From Oscillospiraceae bacterium (lineage in GTDB: Bacteria; Bacillota; Clostridia; Oscillospirales; Ruminococcaceae): a stretch of DNA of 64,000 nucleotides. Shown here piece by piece: positions 28,098-38,129 of the stretch. The stretch is taken from NCBI GenBank assembly GCA_019424695.1, contig JAHYZA010000009.1, forward strand, positions 29,085 through 93,084, given 5' to 3'. Position 1 is the first letter of the stretch. Every line of letters begins with the position of its first letter. A program made the translations under genes and the position numbers. The notes under the pieces are model-generated. The model was not told the DNA's origin and searched no databases. It saw nothing but the letters and a program-made list of their open reading frames with translations.

Positions 28098-28541
28098 ATG
28101 AAATTGAACCCGAAAGACTATGCTCACATGGTATCGCGCGCGTCGCCGCCTTCGCCTGTCGCGCAAGATTGCCTGTGGGCCTTTTTTGTTGGCGGCGGCA
28201 TCTGCCTGCTGGGAGAAGCGCTGCGGCAGCTTTTCCTGATCTGGTATGACCAATCGCTGGCTGGTACGCTGACGAGTATCGCGCTGATTTTTTTGTCGGC
28301 GGTGTGCACGGTGGCGGGCTGGTACCAAAAGCTGGCCGCCAAAGCCGGAGCCGGCACGCTGGTACCCATCACGGGATTCGCCAACTCGGTGGTCAGTCCT
28401 GCCATTGAGTTCAAGTCCGAGGGCTGGGTCAGCGGTGTAGGGGCCCGCATCTTCGGTATTGCGGGGCCGGTCATTGCTTACGGCACAGCGGCATCGGCTG
28501 TGTGGGGGCTGCTGTACTGGCTGTTGGGAAAGGTCGGGTGA
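28098..28541 (+). CDS. spoVAC: Stage V sporulation protein AC
   Basis: 'AFFVGGGIC', 'AGAGTLVPITGFANS', 'IAGPVI'. Forespore sigma-like -10 GGTATACTA at 28066-28074. Confidence 0.93.
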   Translation: MKLNPKDYAHMVSRASPPSPVAQDCLWAFFVGGGICLLGEALRQLFLIWYDQSLAGTLTSIALIFLSAVCTVAGWYQKLAAKAGAGTLVPITGFANSVVSPAIEFKSEGWVSGVGARIFGIAGPVIAYGTAASAVWGLLYWLLGKVG

Positions 28542-28544
28542 AGC

Positions 28545-29570
28545 ATGGCGATCCGCAGAAAAGATACCGTACTTTTTGAAAAGCCGCCGGTCATTGCGGC
28601 GTGGGCTGCGGCGGGCGGCAAAAAGGAGAGCGAAGGCCCGCTGGCACCGGGATTTGATTTTCTCACCCAGGACGCCGCTTTCCCCAAGGAGGAGTGCGCC
28701 AACTGGGAGCAGGCCGAAAGTCTGCTGCAGCAAAAGGCGGCGGAAGCCTGTTTGCGCAAGGCGGGCATCAGCCGCAAGGAGGTGGACCTGGCCCTGGCGG
28801 GGGACCTGCAGGCCCAGTGCACAGCCAGCAACTACACCATGCGTGAGCTGGAAATTCCGTTCGCCGGTATCTACGGGGCTTGCTCCACCATGGCCGAAAC
28901 GCTGGCTCTGGCGGCATCCCTGGCGGCGGGGGGCACCGTGCAGCAGGTGCTGGCAATGACCAGCAGCCATTTCTGTGCGGCGGAACGGCAGTTCCGGACG
29001 CCGCTGGACTACGGTGCCAAGCGCACACCCACGGCCCAGTGGACAGCCACGGCAGCGGGAGCCTGTCTGCTGCGTGCTCCGGGACAGGCCGGGGTATCGG
29101 TATTATCGGTCACCTTCGGCCGGGTACAGGATTATGAAGTGCATGACATCAACAATATGGGGGCGGCTATGATGCCTGCCGCCGCCTCCACCCTGCTGCG
29201 CTACTTTGCTGCCACCGGTACCGCGCCCACGGATTTTGATGCGATCTTTACCGGGGACCTGGGCGAGGTGGGCAGCGCGCTGCTGCGCCAGCAGATGGAA
29301 CAGGAGGGCGTACCGCTGCCCAACCATCAGGACTGCGGCTGTCTGCTGTACGATGTCTCCACGCAGAATGTCCAGGCCGGCGGCAGCGGTCCGGGGTGCA
29401 GCGCTGCGGTGCTCTGCACCCACATTCTGCCCCGGCTGCAGGCGGGGGAATACCGCCGGGTGCTGTTCATGGCAACCGGTGCCCTGATGAGCCAGACGAC
29501 CTTCCTGCAGGGGGAGAGCATCCCCGGCATTGCGCACTGCGTGGAACTGGCAGGGGAGGGAACGATATGA
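28545..29570 (+). CDS. spoVAD: Stage V sporulation protein AD
   Basis: 'GKKESEGPL', 'GACST', 'SSHFCAAERQFR', 'TGDLG', 'GGSGPGC'. Confidence 0.95.
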   Translation: MAIRRKDTVLFEKPPVIAAWAAAGGKKESEGPLAPGFDFLTQDAAFPKEECANWEQAESLLQQKAAEACLRKAGISRKEVDLALAGDLQAQCTASNYTMRELEIPFAGIYGACSTMAETLALAASLAAGGTVQQVLAMTSSHFCAAERQFRTPLDYGAKRTPTAQWTATAAGACLLRAPGQAGVSVLSVTFGRVQDYEVHDINNMGAAMMPAAASTLLRYFAATGTAPTDFDAIFTGDLGEVGSALLRQQMEQEGVPLPNHQDCGCLLYDVSTQNVQAGGSGPGCSAAVLCTHILPRLQAGEYRRVLFMATGALMSQTTFLQGESIPGIAHCVELAGEGTI

Positions 29571-29923
29571 ACTATCTGTGGGCCTTTGTGATCGGCGGCG
29601 CCATCTGTGTGGTGGGGCAGCTGCTGATCGACTATACGAGTTTGACCCCGGCGCGCATCCTGACAGGGTACGTGGTCAGCGGCGTGATCCTCAGTGCGGT
29701 GGGGCTCTACAAACCGCTGGTGGACCTGGCAGGGGCCGGGGCCAGTGTGCCGCTGCTGGGATTCGGGCATCTGCTGGCCCAGGGGGTCAAACAGGCAGTG
29801 GACCAGTGCGGTTTGCCCGGTATTTTTACCGGCGGGCTGACGGCTGCCGCCGGGGGAATCGCGGCCAGTATTCTGTTTGGATTGCTGGCGGCGCTGATCG
29901 GCAGAAGCCGGGACCAGAACTGA
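29567..29923 (+). CDS. spoVAE: Stage V sporulation protein AE
   Basis: 'AFVIGGAICVVGQLLID.T.LTPARI', 'AGAGASVPL.GFG'. Confidence 0.93.
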   Translation: MNYLWAFVIGGAICVVGQLLIDYTSLTPARILTGYVVSGVILSAVGLYKPLVDLAGAGASVPLLGFGHLLAQGVKQAVDQCGLPGIFTGGLTAAAGGIAASILFGLLAALIGRSRDQN

Positions 29924-29931
29924 GACAAATG

Positions 29932-29963
29932 AAAATGCCCGTCGGGTTTCCCCGGCGGGCATT
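29932..29963. terminator. Terminator between spoVAE and rpsT
   Basis: aatgcccgtcggg-tttc-cccggcgggcatt. Confidence 0.75.
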
Positions 29964-29977
29964 GTTCATGCGATCAA

Positions 29978-30244
29978 TTACTGAGCAGCAACCTTGTTGG
30001 CGCGCTTAGCCATGCGGCTGACCTTGCGGGCAGCGGTGTTCTTATGGATGACACCCTTGCTCTTAGCAGAGTCAATGGCAGAGACGGCGGCTTTCATGAC
30101 GGCGTCTTTGTCAGCAGCATTGCTGTCGATGGCAGCGTCTGCCTTTTTGATCACTGTTTTCAGGTTGGACTTGATGGCCTTGTTGTGCATAGCCTCTTTC
30201 TTGGCCTGAACAACGCGGTCCTTCTGAGATTTGATATTAGGCAT
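29978..30244 (-). CDS. rpsT: 30S ribosomal protein S20
   Basis: 'MPNIKSQKDR...KGVIHKNTAARKVSR'; GGAGGTG RBS. Promoter TTGCAA-17-TAGGAT at 30311-30283. Confidence 0.97.
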   Translation of the reverse strand: MPNIKSQKDRVVQAKKEAMHNKAIKSNLKTVIKKADAAIDSNAADKDAVMKAAVSAIDSAKSKGVIHKNTAARKVSRMAKRANKVAAQ

Positions 30245-30330
30245 TCGTTCCACCTCCTTGGTTCCCCATAACAGTACAAGTTATCCTACCACATTTTTTC
30301 AGCCCTTGCAAGTGTTTTTTTAAAAAATAT

Positions 30331-30358
30331 TCATGAAAGGCACAAAAACCACATAAAT
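30331..30358 (+). promoter_or_regulatory. Candidate sigma-E promoter of spoIIP
   Basis: TCATGAA-14 bp-CATAAAT resembles the sigma-E consensus (TCATATT...CATACAnT). Confidence 0.5.
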
Positions 30359-30382
30359 TGGGAGGGAATGGAGGTGGAGTCT

Positions 30383-31528
30383 ATGGCCTTGGTGCGCCGC
30401 TGCCTGGCTGTGTTGCTGTGCACGGTGGTGCTGGCGGGCAGCACGGCATTGACGCTGGCAGCGGTGGCCTGCCTGCCGGGGCGGGCCTGGCTGGCGCGCG
30501 GGGCGATGTTTTGCCAGGACCCGGCGGCGGCCGTTTCGCTGGATTGGCCGGTTCCGGCAGAAAAGCCTCGCCCTGCCACACCGCAGCCCTCTGCGGCGGC
30601 TCCCTCACCCACCCCCGCGCCCTCGACGCAACCGGAGGCCCAGAGCGAAACCGCACAGCCGTCGCCGACCCCGACGCCCGGTGCCACGCCGTTGCCCAGC
30701 GCCGCGCCCGACATCGAAAATCCCGGCCGCATCCGCGCCGAACAGTACGGCCAGGGCAGCGGGGCCGGGTACGTCACCCTGGGGGCGGGCAGCATCCACA
30801 ATCTGACCCAGTACAGCGACGCCGACCTGCGCGCGGCGGTCACGACGCCGTCACTGCCTTTCGACGTGGAGGTGAACAGCACCGAACCCCAGGTGCTCAT
30901 TCTGCACACCCACGCCACCGAGACTTACCAGACCTGGCCGGACCTTGTCTATGACCCGTCTTTTACGGCCCGTACCCAGAATACCGAACTGAATATGTGT
31001 GCGGTGGGGGAGAAGATGGCGGAAGTGCTCAATGCAGCGGGCATCAACACCCTGCACGATACCACGCTCCACGATTCCCCCAGTTATACCGAAAGCTACG
31101 ACCGCAGCTATGCTACCACCCAGGCGTATCTGGAAAAATATCCCTCCATCAAGGTGGTGCTGGACGTCCACCGGGACGCCATCGAGGATGCCGACGGCAC
31201 CCGGGTCAAGCCGCTGTTCACGGTGGACGGGGAAGATACCGCCCAGGTCATGATCATTGCCGGGTGTGACAACGGTTCCAGCATACGGCTGCCCAACTGG
31301 CGGCTTAACCTGCGGTTTGCCGCCGCGTGGGAGGATGCGATGGAAAGCCGCACCCCGGGGCTGACCCGCCCGGTCATGTGCGCCTACCGGTACTATAACC
31401 AGGACCTGACCACCGGCAGCCTGCTCATCGAGATCGGCGGCCACGCCAACACGGTGACGGAGGCGGTCCGCGGCGGGCAATATGCCGCCGAGGCATTGGC
31501 GGTGCTGCTGGGCGGCCATGTGGAGTAA
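30383..31528 (+). CDS. spoIIP: Stage II sporulation protein P (amidase/endopeptidase)
   Basis: 'ILHTHATE', 'SYDRS', 'LDVHRDA', 'YNQDL...SLLIEIGG'; N-terminal TM and Pro-rich linker. Confidence 0.92.
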   Translation: MALVRRCLAVLLCTVVLAGSTALTLAAVACLPGRAWLARGAMFCQDPAAAVSLDWPVPAEKPRPATPQPSAAAPSPTPAPSTQPEAQSETAQPSPTPTPGATPLPSAAPDIENPGRIRAEQYGQGSGAGYVTLGAGSIHNLTQYSDADLRAAVTTPSLPFDVEVNSTEPQVLILHTHATETYQTWPDLVYDPSFTARTQNTELNMCAVGEKMAEVLNAAGINTLHDTTLHDSPSYTESYDRSYATTQAYLEKYPSIKVVLDVHRDAIEDADGTRVKPLFTVDGEDTAQVMIIAGCDNGSSIRLPNWRLNLRFAAAWEDAMESRTPGLTRPVMCAYRYYNQDLTTGSLLIEIGGHANTVTEAVRGGQYAAEALAVLLGGHVE

Positions 31529-31619
31529 ACTCCGAGCGTTAAAAAAAGGCTGTACAATTTGGTCCGAACCCGCTATAATAAAAACAATCATTGTTTTTAA
31601 TAAGAGGAGTGGACCACCC

Positions 31620-33005
31620 ATGCAGAGAACCGAACTCGTATCGCTGTACAAGGCCACCCCCGCCGACGGCACCAAAGTCACCGTCTGCGGCTGGGCAAAA
31701 ACGGTGCGCGATTCTAAAAATATCGGCTTTATCTCGCTGTCCGACGGCAGTTGCTACAAGCCCGTGCAGATCGTTTTCCAGGCAGATAAGCTGTCCAATT
31801 ATGCTGAGATCGCCAAGTGCGGTCTGTACACCAGCTTTGAGGTCACCGGCACCCTGGTGCTGACCCCCAATGCCAAGCAGCCTTTCGAGATCAATGCCGA
31901 CGCCATCACGGTGCTGGGCCCCTGCGGTCCCGAGTATCCGCTGCAGAAAAAGAAGATGGGCATGGACTATCTGCGCACCATGACCCACCTGCGCCCGCGC
32001 ACCAACACTTTCAACGCAGCGTTCCGTGTTCGCGGTCAGGCGGCCTTTGCCATCCATCAGTTCTTCCATGAGCGCGGCTTCACCTATGTGCATACCCCCA
32101 TCTTCACCGGCTCGGACTGCGAAGGCGCCGGCGAGATGTTCCAGGTCACCACGCTGGACCTCAACGACCTGCCCCGCACCGAGGACGGCGCCATTGACTA
32201 CACCAAGGACTTCTTCAAGCGCCCGGTGAACCTGACGGTGTCCGGTCAGTTGGAAGCGGAAGCCATGGCGATGGCCCTGGGCAACGTCTACACCTTTGGT
32301 CCGACGTTCCGTGCCGAGAAGAGCTACGATACCCGCCATGCCGCGGAGTTCTGGATGATCGAGCCCGAGATGGCCTTTGCGGACCTGAACACCTATATGG
32401 ACACTGCCGAGGCGATGACCAAGTATGTCATCCGCTATCTGCTGGACAACTGCCCCGACGAACTGGCGTTCTTCAACCAGTTCTTTGACAAGGGCCTCAT
32501 CGAGCGCCTGGAGCTGGTCGCCAATTCGGACTTTGCCCGGGTCAGCTACACCGATGCCATCGAGCTGCTCAAGCAGAACGATGCCAACTTCCAGTACAAG
32601 GTATCCTGGGGCATGGACCTGCAGACCGAACACGAGCGCTACCTCACGGAGCAGATCTTCAAAAAGCCGGTGTTTGTCACCGATTACCCCAAGGAGATCA
32701 AGGCTTTCTATATGCGCCAGAACGAGGACGGCAAGACCGTCGCCGCGGCCGATATGCTGGTGCCCGGCATCGGCGAGCTGATCGGCGGTTCCCAGCGTGA
32801 AGAGCGCCTGGATGTGCTGCTGGCCCGTCTGGACGAGCTGGGCCTGCGCCGGGAGGACTACGACTGGTACCTCGATCTGCGCCGCTTCGGCAGTGTCAAG
32901 CACGCGGGCTACGGCCTGGGCTTCGAGCGCCTGCTGATGTATGTGACCGGTATTCCCAACATCCGGGACGTTATCCCCTTCCCGCGCACCTGCGGAGGTT
33001 TCTGA
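31620..33005 (+). CDS. asnS: Asparagine--tRNA ligase
   Basis: 'HLRPRTN', 'LTVSGQLE', 'FGPTFRAE', 'GGSQREER', 'GLGFER'. Confidence 0.97.
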   Translation: MQRTELVSLYKATPADGTKVTVCGWAKTVRDSKNIGFISLSDGSCYKPVQIVFQADKLSNYAEIAKCGLYTSFEVTGTLVLTPNAKQPFEINADAITVLGPCGPEYPLQKKKMGMDYLRTMTHLRPRTNTFNAAFRVRGQAAFAIHQFFHERGFTYVHTPIFTGSDCEGAGEMFQVTTLDLNDLPRTEDGAIDYTKDFFKRPVNLTVSGQLEAEAMAMALGNVYTFGPTFRAEKSYDTRHAAEFWMIEPEMAFADLNTYMDTAEAMTKYVIRYLLDNCPDELAFFNQFFDKGLIERLELVANSDFARVSYTDAIELLKQNDANFQYKVSWGMDLQTEHERYLTEQIFKKPVFVTDYPKEIKAFYMRQNEDGKTVAAADMLVPGIGELIGGSQREERLDVLLARLDELGLRREDYDWYLDLRRFGSVKHAGYGLGFERLLMYVTGIPNIRDVIPFPRTCGGF

Positions 33006-34034
33006 ATGCTGCGGCCCATTGCGCCGCCGCTGCTGCAATGGTTTCAGGCAAACAAAAGGCTCCTGCCTTTCCGGCAGGAGCCTTCTGCCTATCATATCTG
33101 GGTCAGCGAGATCATGCTCCAGCAGACCCGTGTGGCTGCGGCGATCCCTTACTACAATCGCTTTATTGCGGCCCTGCCCGACCCGGCGGCCCTGGCGGCC
33201 TGTGAGCCGGACACCTTGCGCAAACTGTGGCAGGGGCTGGGCTACTACAACCGTGTCAACAATATGCAGAAAGCCGCCCGCATCGTCTGCGAACGGTACG
33301 GCGGAGACCTGCCCGCCGATTATGACGCGTTGCGTTCGCTGCCGGGCATCGGTGACTATACCGCCGGTGCCATTGCCAGCATTGCCTTCGGGATTCCGGC
33401 CCCGGCGGTGGACGGCAATGTGCTGCGGGTCTTTGCCCGCCTGTACAATGACGCTGCCGACATCATGCAGCCTGCCACCAAGCGGCTGTTTACAGAGCGG
33501 GTGCTGGGCCAGATGCCCAAGGAGACTCCCGGCCCCTACAACGAAGCTCTGATGGAACTGGGGGCGCTTATCTGTATTCCGGGTACGCCCCACTGTGAAG
33601 TATGCCCCCTGGCGGACCGCTGCCAAGGGTATGCGGCGGGACGGCAGGCGGAACTGCCTGTCAAGCCGGCACCCAAGGCCAAAACGTCGGTGGCCGTCAC
33701 GGTGGCGCTGGTGGAAAGCCCGGCGGGCCTCCTTCTGCAGCGCCGCCCGCCCAAAGGATTGCTGGCGGGCCTCTGGCAGCCGGCTGCCTGGGAAAGCGCC
33801 CTGTCCCGGGCGGAACTGACAGAAGAACTGGGCAAGATTGGTGTGCAGGTCACCTGGGGCGAGGCATTGCCGGCGGCCCGGCACGTTTTTACCCATAAAA
33901 TATGGAACCTGGGCGGCTGGCATGCAACGGCCCCGGCCTGTGACCTGCCGGAAGGCTGGGTCTGGGCTGCGCCGGAAGAACTGAAACAGGTGTATGCGGT
34001 GCCCAACGCTTATGCAGCGTATCTGAAAAAATAG
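33006..34034 (+). CDS. mutY: A/G-specific adenine glycosylase
   Basis: 'WVSEIMLQQT', 'WQGLGYY', HhH 'LPGIGDYTA', 'VDGNV', 4Fe-4S 'C.PGTPHCEVCPLADRC'. Confidence 0.95.
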   Translation: MLRPIAPPLLQWFQANKRLLPFRQEPSAYHIWVSEIMLQQTRVAAAIPYYNRFIAALPDPAALAACEPDTLRKLWQGLGYYNRVNNMQKAARIVCERYGGDLPADYDALRSLPGIGDYTAGAIASIAFGIPAPAVDGNVLRVFARLYNDAADIMQPATKRLFTERVLGQMPKETPGPYNEALMELGALICIPGTPHCEVCPLADRCQGYAAGRQAELPVKPAPKAKTSVAVTVALVESPAGLLLQRRPPKGLLAGLWQPAAWESALSRAELTEELGKIGVQVTWGEALPAARHVFTHKIWNLGGWHATAPACDLPEGWVWAAPEELKQVYAVPNAYAAYLKK

Positions 34035-34197
34035 AAGAGGAATCTGCCAAATTTTTACATGTGCAGTGTTGTATTCCGACGTGGGGTCGGGTATAATAAA
34101 AAGGACCCGGTACGGGGGAAATGCCCCTCGCACAGCGGGACGTTCACAATCGCAAGGCCGCAGAAAACGGCCCCGATCCCGGAAAGGAGAATGCCCC

Positions 34198-34452
34198 ATG
34201 ATGAAAAAATCGACGTTTGGCGCCGTGCTGGCGTTTTTGTTTGCGGCGGCCGGTGCACTGACCGCAGCGGCCCTTTATCTCTATCGCCGCGAGAAGGAAC
34301 TCGACGAATATGAGCGCCTGCTCTTCAACGATGAGTACGAGGATGAGGCGGAGGACGATTTCGACGACGAGCCTGTCTACGAAAAGATTCAGGACGAACC
34401 TGTCGATGCTGATGCCAAAGACGCTGCCGAGTCCAACGAAGATCAGTTCTGA
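34198..34452 (+). CDS. Small membrane-anchored protein with acidic C-terminus, function unknown (84 aa)
   Basis: AAGGAG RBS, promoter TTGTAT-17-TATAAT (34069-34097), N-terminal TM, D/E-rich tail and downstream terminator. Confidence 0.8.
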   Translation: MMKKSTFGAVLAFLFAAAGALTAAALYLYRREKELDEYERLLFNDEYEDEAEDDFDDEPVYEKIQDEPVDADAKDAAESNEDQF

Positions 34453-34478
34453 TCGCGTTCATTCCAAATCAATAAGCT

Positions 34479-34511
34479 GCCGGGCGCAAACCTGACCGCG
34501 CCCGGCTTTTT
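34479..34511 (+). terminator. Intrinsic terminator
   Basis: gccgggcgc ... gcgcccggc followed by ttttt. Confidence 0.85.
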
Positions 34512-34611
34512 AGTCACCGTAAAGCGATGGCTCGCTTTGCGGTCCGCCGCAAGCCGCCCGGAACACGGCGCTCTTTCCCTGGCCCGCAGGGTGGCTTGGC
34601 AAGGAGATGCT

Positions 34612-35844
34612 ATGCGCAAATTGCTGCTTTGGCTTATCATGGTCATTGGTATGGTGGCGCTGATTCTGGGCGGCACTGCGGCTTTTTTGTACAGCCGCAC
34701 GGGAGAGGATTCTCTTCCGCAGGAACCGGTGACGTTTGGTGAAACGGCGCTGGAACCCAACGGCTGGGACTGGGTCGTTCCGGTGTTGGGTGACTCCGTC
34801 AACAAGACCTACCAGAGCCTGACCAACCTGACTGTACAGAAACTGGGCACCTTTACCGATACGGTGCCCCAGCTCGTGCTGCCCTCGTGGGTCACGCGGG
34901 CGGAGGTCACCATCACGGCGCCGGACGGCACGACCTGGTCGGCCGGGGTGGAGGACTGCAATACCTATACCTATACGCAGAACGGCGCGTATGACATCAC
35001 GGTAACGGCCTATCATCAGGAAGATGAACCGCCGGCCGACCCGCAGGGGTGGTATGCCTATCATGGGGCGTACACCATGCAGCTGACGCCCACTGTCACG
35101 CTGAGCAGTGAGCGTGCGGCGCAGGGCAACGTGGTGGCCATCATGCTCTCGGGGATTCTGGACGGGGAGCCCTCTCTGGAAACCGATCTCGGTTCGGTCT
35201 GGTTCCGCAAAACGGCCAGCGGGTATATGGGGTATATCCCTGTGACCTACAATGCCGAGAGCGGCGACCATGTGATGACGCTGACCTGCGGCAGCCTGAC
35301 GCAGGAGATCACGCTGTCGGTCAGCAAGACTGAGTACGGCAATGCGTCGGTCCCGGCGGAGGAAGACGTCGGCGGTGCCGAGGAATTCCGCAATTCGATC
35401 TGGCCGCTGTACACCACCGGCGAAAGCGAAAAACTGTGGTCCGGTGCGTTCCAGCGCCCCAGTGCCGCCGAAGTCACGCTGTCCTACGGCGTGGTGCAGA
35501 TGGTGGACGGGCAGCGCAGCGGACAGGCCACCGGTCTGACCTATGCGGCCGCGCCGGGGGAAACCATCACGGCGCCCCAGGCCGGCAAAGTGGTCTTTGC
35601 CGGGACGCTGACCCTGACGGGCGGTACGGTGGTGATCGATCACGGCTGCGGCGTCAAGAGCTATCTCTATGGCTTGCAGACGGTCACGGCTGAACAGGGC
35701 CAGACCGTCAATGCCGGCGATGCCGTGGGTACAGCCGGGGAGGAGCATGACCTGATTTATGAACTGCGGATCGGCAACAAGTCTGTCGATCCCGAAAAAG
35801 CAATTCTGGGAAATAGCGGCCTGCAATACCGGGAATCGGAATAA
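34612..35844 (+). CDS. Membrane-anchored M23/LytM-domain protein lacking zinc ligands (degenerate LytM)
   Basis: TM, beta-rich domains, LytM core 'APQAGKVVFAG...GGTVVIDHGCG'. HxxxD reads ATGLT and HxH reads DLI. Confidence 0.8.
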   Translation: MRKLLLWLIMVIGMVALILGGTAAFLYSRTGEDSLPQEPVTFGETALEPNGWDWVVPVLGDSVNKTYQSLTNLTVQKLGTFTDTVPQLVLPSWVTRAEVTITAPDGTTWSAGVEDCNTYTYTQNGAYDITVTAYHQEDEPPADPQGWYAYHGAYTMQLTPTVTLSSERAAQGNVVAIMLSGILDGEPSLETDLGSVWFRKTASGYMGYIPVTYNAESGDHVMTLTCGSLTQEITLSVSKTEYGNASVPAEEDVGGAEEFRNSIWPLYTTGESEKLWSGAFQRPSAAEVTLSYGVVQMVDGQRSGQATGLTYAAAPGETITAPQAGKVVFAGTLTLTGGTVVIDHGCGVKSYLYGLQTVTAEQGQTVNAGDAVGTAGEEHDLIYELRIGNKSVDPEKAILGNSGLQYRESE

Positions 35845-35936
35845 AGGGCTGCGCCTTTGACTATAGATGCACTGCGGGACAACGCGGTTGTCCCGGTGTT
35901 TTGCGCCATGAGGGGAACAGGAGAGTGGCATACACC

Positions 35937-38117
35937 ATGCAAGAAGAGAAGAACAGGACCACGCCTGGGCAGAAAGCGGAGGGAAAGCACCGCCATCGCA
36001 GAAAGAAGTCTGCCGCGGTGAAACCGCAGCCCGCCGTGCAGGAGACAGACGTGGCGGCGCCGTCTGAGGAAACGGCGGCGAAAGAAGCACAGACCAAACA
36101 GGAACCGGCCGGGGAGGGACCTTCGGCGGTAGAAGTACAGGATTCCGCCCCGGCGGAAACCGAACAAGGCGAACCGTCGGCGGAAAAGCCGCAAGAAGAG
36201 CCGGAAACCGGAAAACCGGAGAAAATGGAACAAGCCACACCGGAAACACCGGAACAGCCGGAACCTGCGGAAGCGGCAGAGGCCGCCCCGGAAGAACCGG
36301 CTGCCGCACCGGGCGAGGCACTGGAACCTTCTGAGCCCGCCCCACAAGGGCCTGTACAGGAAGAGGCCCCGGACACTTCCGGAAAAGAACTTTCTGCCGC
36401 GGAACAAGCGAGCGAAACGGAACCGGCGGTATCTGAGGAGGAGTGGCCCTCTCCGGAAGAAGCTGAAACGGCCGGGAAGGCCCCATCCGCGGAACCGGCG
36501 GAACAGGCAGCCGAGACGGCGGCGGAAACCGTGGCGGCACCGGAAGATGCGGAAGCTGCTATGGAAAAGCAGCCTGCGGAAGCCGAAACAGAAGCGGAAA
36601 AAGAAGAAAACGAGGAAGCCTCCGAGGAGGATGCTGAGGAAGCGCCCCGGGAGGATGAACAGCGGCTTTCGGACCTGACCCGGACGGTACAGCTTTCGGT
36701 GGAACAGATCATGGCCCGCGTCAGCGAGGAAGGCGAAGAGGTACCGGAATCTGAACCGGAATCGCAGGAAAATGACGACGAAGCCGAGGAAACACCGGAA
36801 ACATTGCAGGATAACCTGCGCAGCGGGCTGTCCGGTATGGCCAAATGGCTGCTGCTGGTGGCGTTTGTTGTGCTGGTCATTGCGGGATTTGGTGTGGCGT
36901 GGCTGTATCGCAGCGCCACGCCGGATATGCTGCCGCAGATCACGGTCAAGTTTGCCGGGCAGACGCTGGAACCCACGGCCTATAAGTGGAAAGTCCCGGT
37001 CGTCGGTAATATATTCAAGCGCACCTACGCCGACACATTCAGCAGCACACCGGTCGAACTCAGCGAGACCGTGGATCAGGCGTCGCCCGATTTTGTGATT
37101 TCTCCGTCGGATTATCGCACCGAAGTGACGTTGACCGATGCTGGTGAAAACGTCATTTTTGAGGGAGACGCCGACACATTCTCGTCGTTCCAGTTCACGG
37201 CCAACGGCACCTATACGGCAAAGCTCGTAGTACACGGCGATGCCAGCTCGGTTCCCGGGGATACTTCGGTCACCGGCAGCGAGACCTGGTATTTCACCTT
37301 TACGGTGGGGGTGCGGCCTTCGGTCCGTCTGTCCGGCACGACGGTGGACCAGGGCAGCGTTGTAGCGGTGCGCGTGGGTGACACGCTGGACGGCCAGGCG
37401 CCTGCCCTCCAGACGGAACTGCAGAACCCCGGCTTTTTCAAGGCGAGTTCCGGGTGGGTCTGCTATATCCCCATTGCCTGGAACCAGCCTGCCGGTACCC
37501 AGACCGTGACGGTGAGCGCCGGCGGCTATACCGAGACGCTGGAATTCAAGGTCCGCGCTGCGGATTGGGAATTCAAGGATTATTCCAGCAATTCCCAGCG
37601 GGTGTCGCCCTACATCGGGCAGAACGACATCCCGGCGGAATTGCAGAAACTGCTGGCTCAAAGTGAAAAGACCGTTGCCTGGTCCAATGGCGGCTTCGTG
37701 CAGCCGTTCCTCAACACGCTGGATGTCAAACTGGCGTTCGGTACCACCGAGTATGTGGGCCGCAGCTACAGCCAGCGCGGCACCAACAACGGCGCGGGTG
37801 GCCGCACTGTGACCAACCTGGTGCTCAACACCAAATCCGGGGAACTGCTTATTGCTCCTGCCAGCGGCACCATCCTGCTGGCCAAGGACCTGGGCGGCGA
37901 CTTCGGCTATACCGTCGTCATCGACCACGGCGCCGGTGTCAAGAGTGTTTTCTACAACCTGGATGAGGTCAATGTCAAAGCCGGTGATCCTGTCAAGCAG
38001 GGCCAGACCCTGGCAACCTGCGGCAAGACAACCGTGGCGGAAATGCGCATCGGTGCGGTGCCGGTGGACCCGCTGCGAGTCTGGCGCGGCCAGTGCGATG
38101 CCCTGAAAAATTATTGA
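35937..38117 (+). CDS. Degenerate M23/LytM-domain membrane protein with ~300-aa acidic disordered N-terminus; paralogue of the upstream gene
   Basis: E/A/P-rich N-terminus, TM, LytM core 'APASGTILLA...GYTVVIDHGAG'. HxxxD reads VTNLV and HxH reads TVA. Start could instead be the GTG at 35925. Confidence 0.8.
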   Translation: MQEEKNRTTPGQKAEGKHRHRRKKSAAVKPQPAVQETDVAAPSEETAAKEAQTKQEPAGEGPSAVEVQDSAPAETEQGEPSAEKPQEEPETGKPEKMEQATPETPEQPEPAEAAEAAPEEPAAAPGEALEPSEPAPQGPVQEEAPDTSGKELSAAEQASETEPAVSEEEWPSPEEAETAGKAPSAEPAEQAAETAAETVAAPEDAEAAMEKQPAEAETEAEKEENEEASEEDAEEAPREDEQRLSDLTRTVQLSVEQIMARVSEEGEEVPESEPESQENDDEAEETPETLQDNLRSGLSGMAKWLLLVAFVVLVIAGFGVAWLYRSATPDMLPQITVKFAGQTLEPTAYKWKVPVVGNIFKRTYADTFSSTPVELSETVDQASPDFVISPSDYRTEVTLTDAGENVIFEGDADTFSSFQFTANGTYTAKLVVHGDASSVPGDTSVTGSETWYFTFTVGVRPSVRLSGTTVDQGSVVAVRVGDTLDGQAPALQTELQNPGFFKASSGWVCYIPIAWNQPAGTQTVTVSAGGYTETLEFKVRAADWEFKDYSSNSQRVSPYIGQNDIPAELQKLLAQSEKTVAWSNGGFVQPFLNTLDVKLAFGTTEYVGRSYSQRGTNNGAGGRTVTNLVLNTKSGELLIAPASGTILLAKDLGGDFGYTVVIDHGAGVKSVFYNLDEVNVKAGDPVKQGQTLATCGKTTVAEMRIGAVPVDPLRVWRGQCDALKNY

Positions 38118-38129
38118 TTCGGTACACCT

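Noticed and set aside
36150..36660. Recurring ccggaa/gcggaa units that look like a repeat array
   Set aside because: They are Pro-Glu and Ala-Glu codons in a low-complexity protein region, with no fixed repeat-spacer period; not CRISPR.
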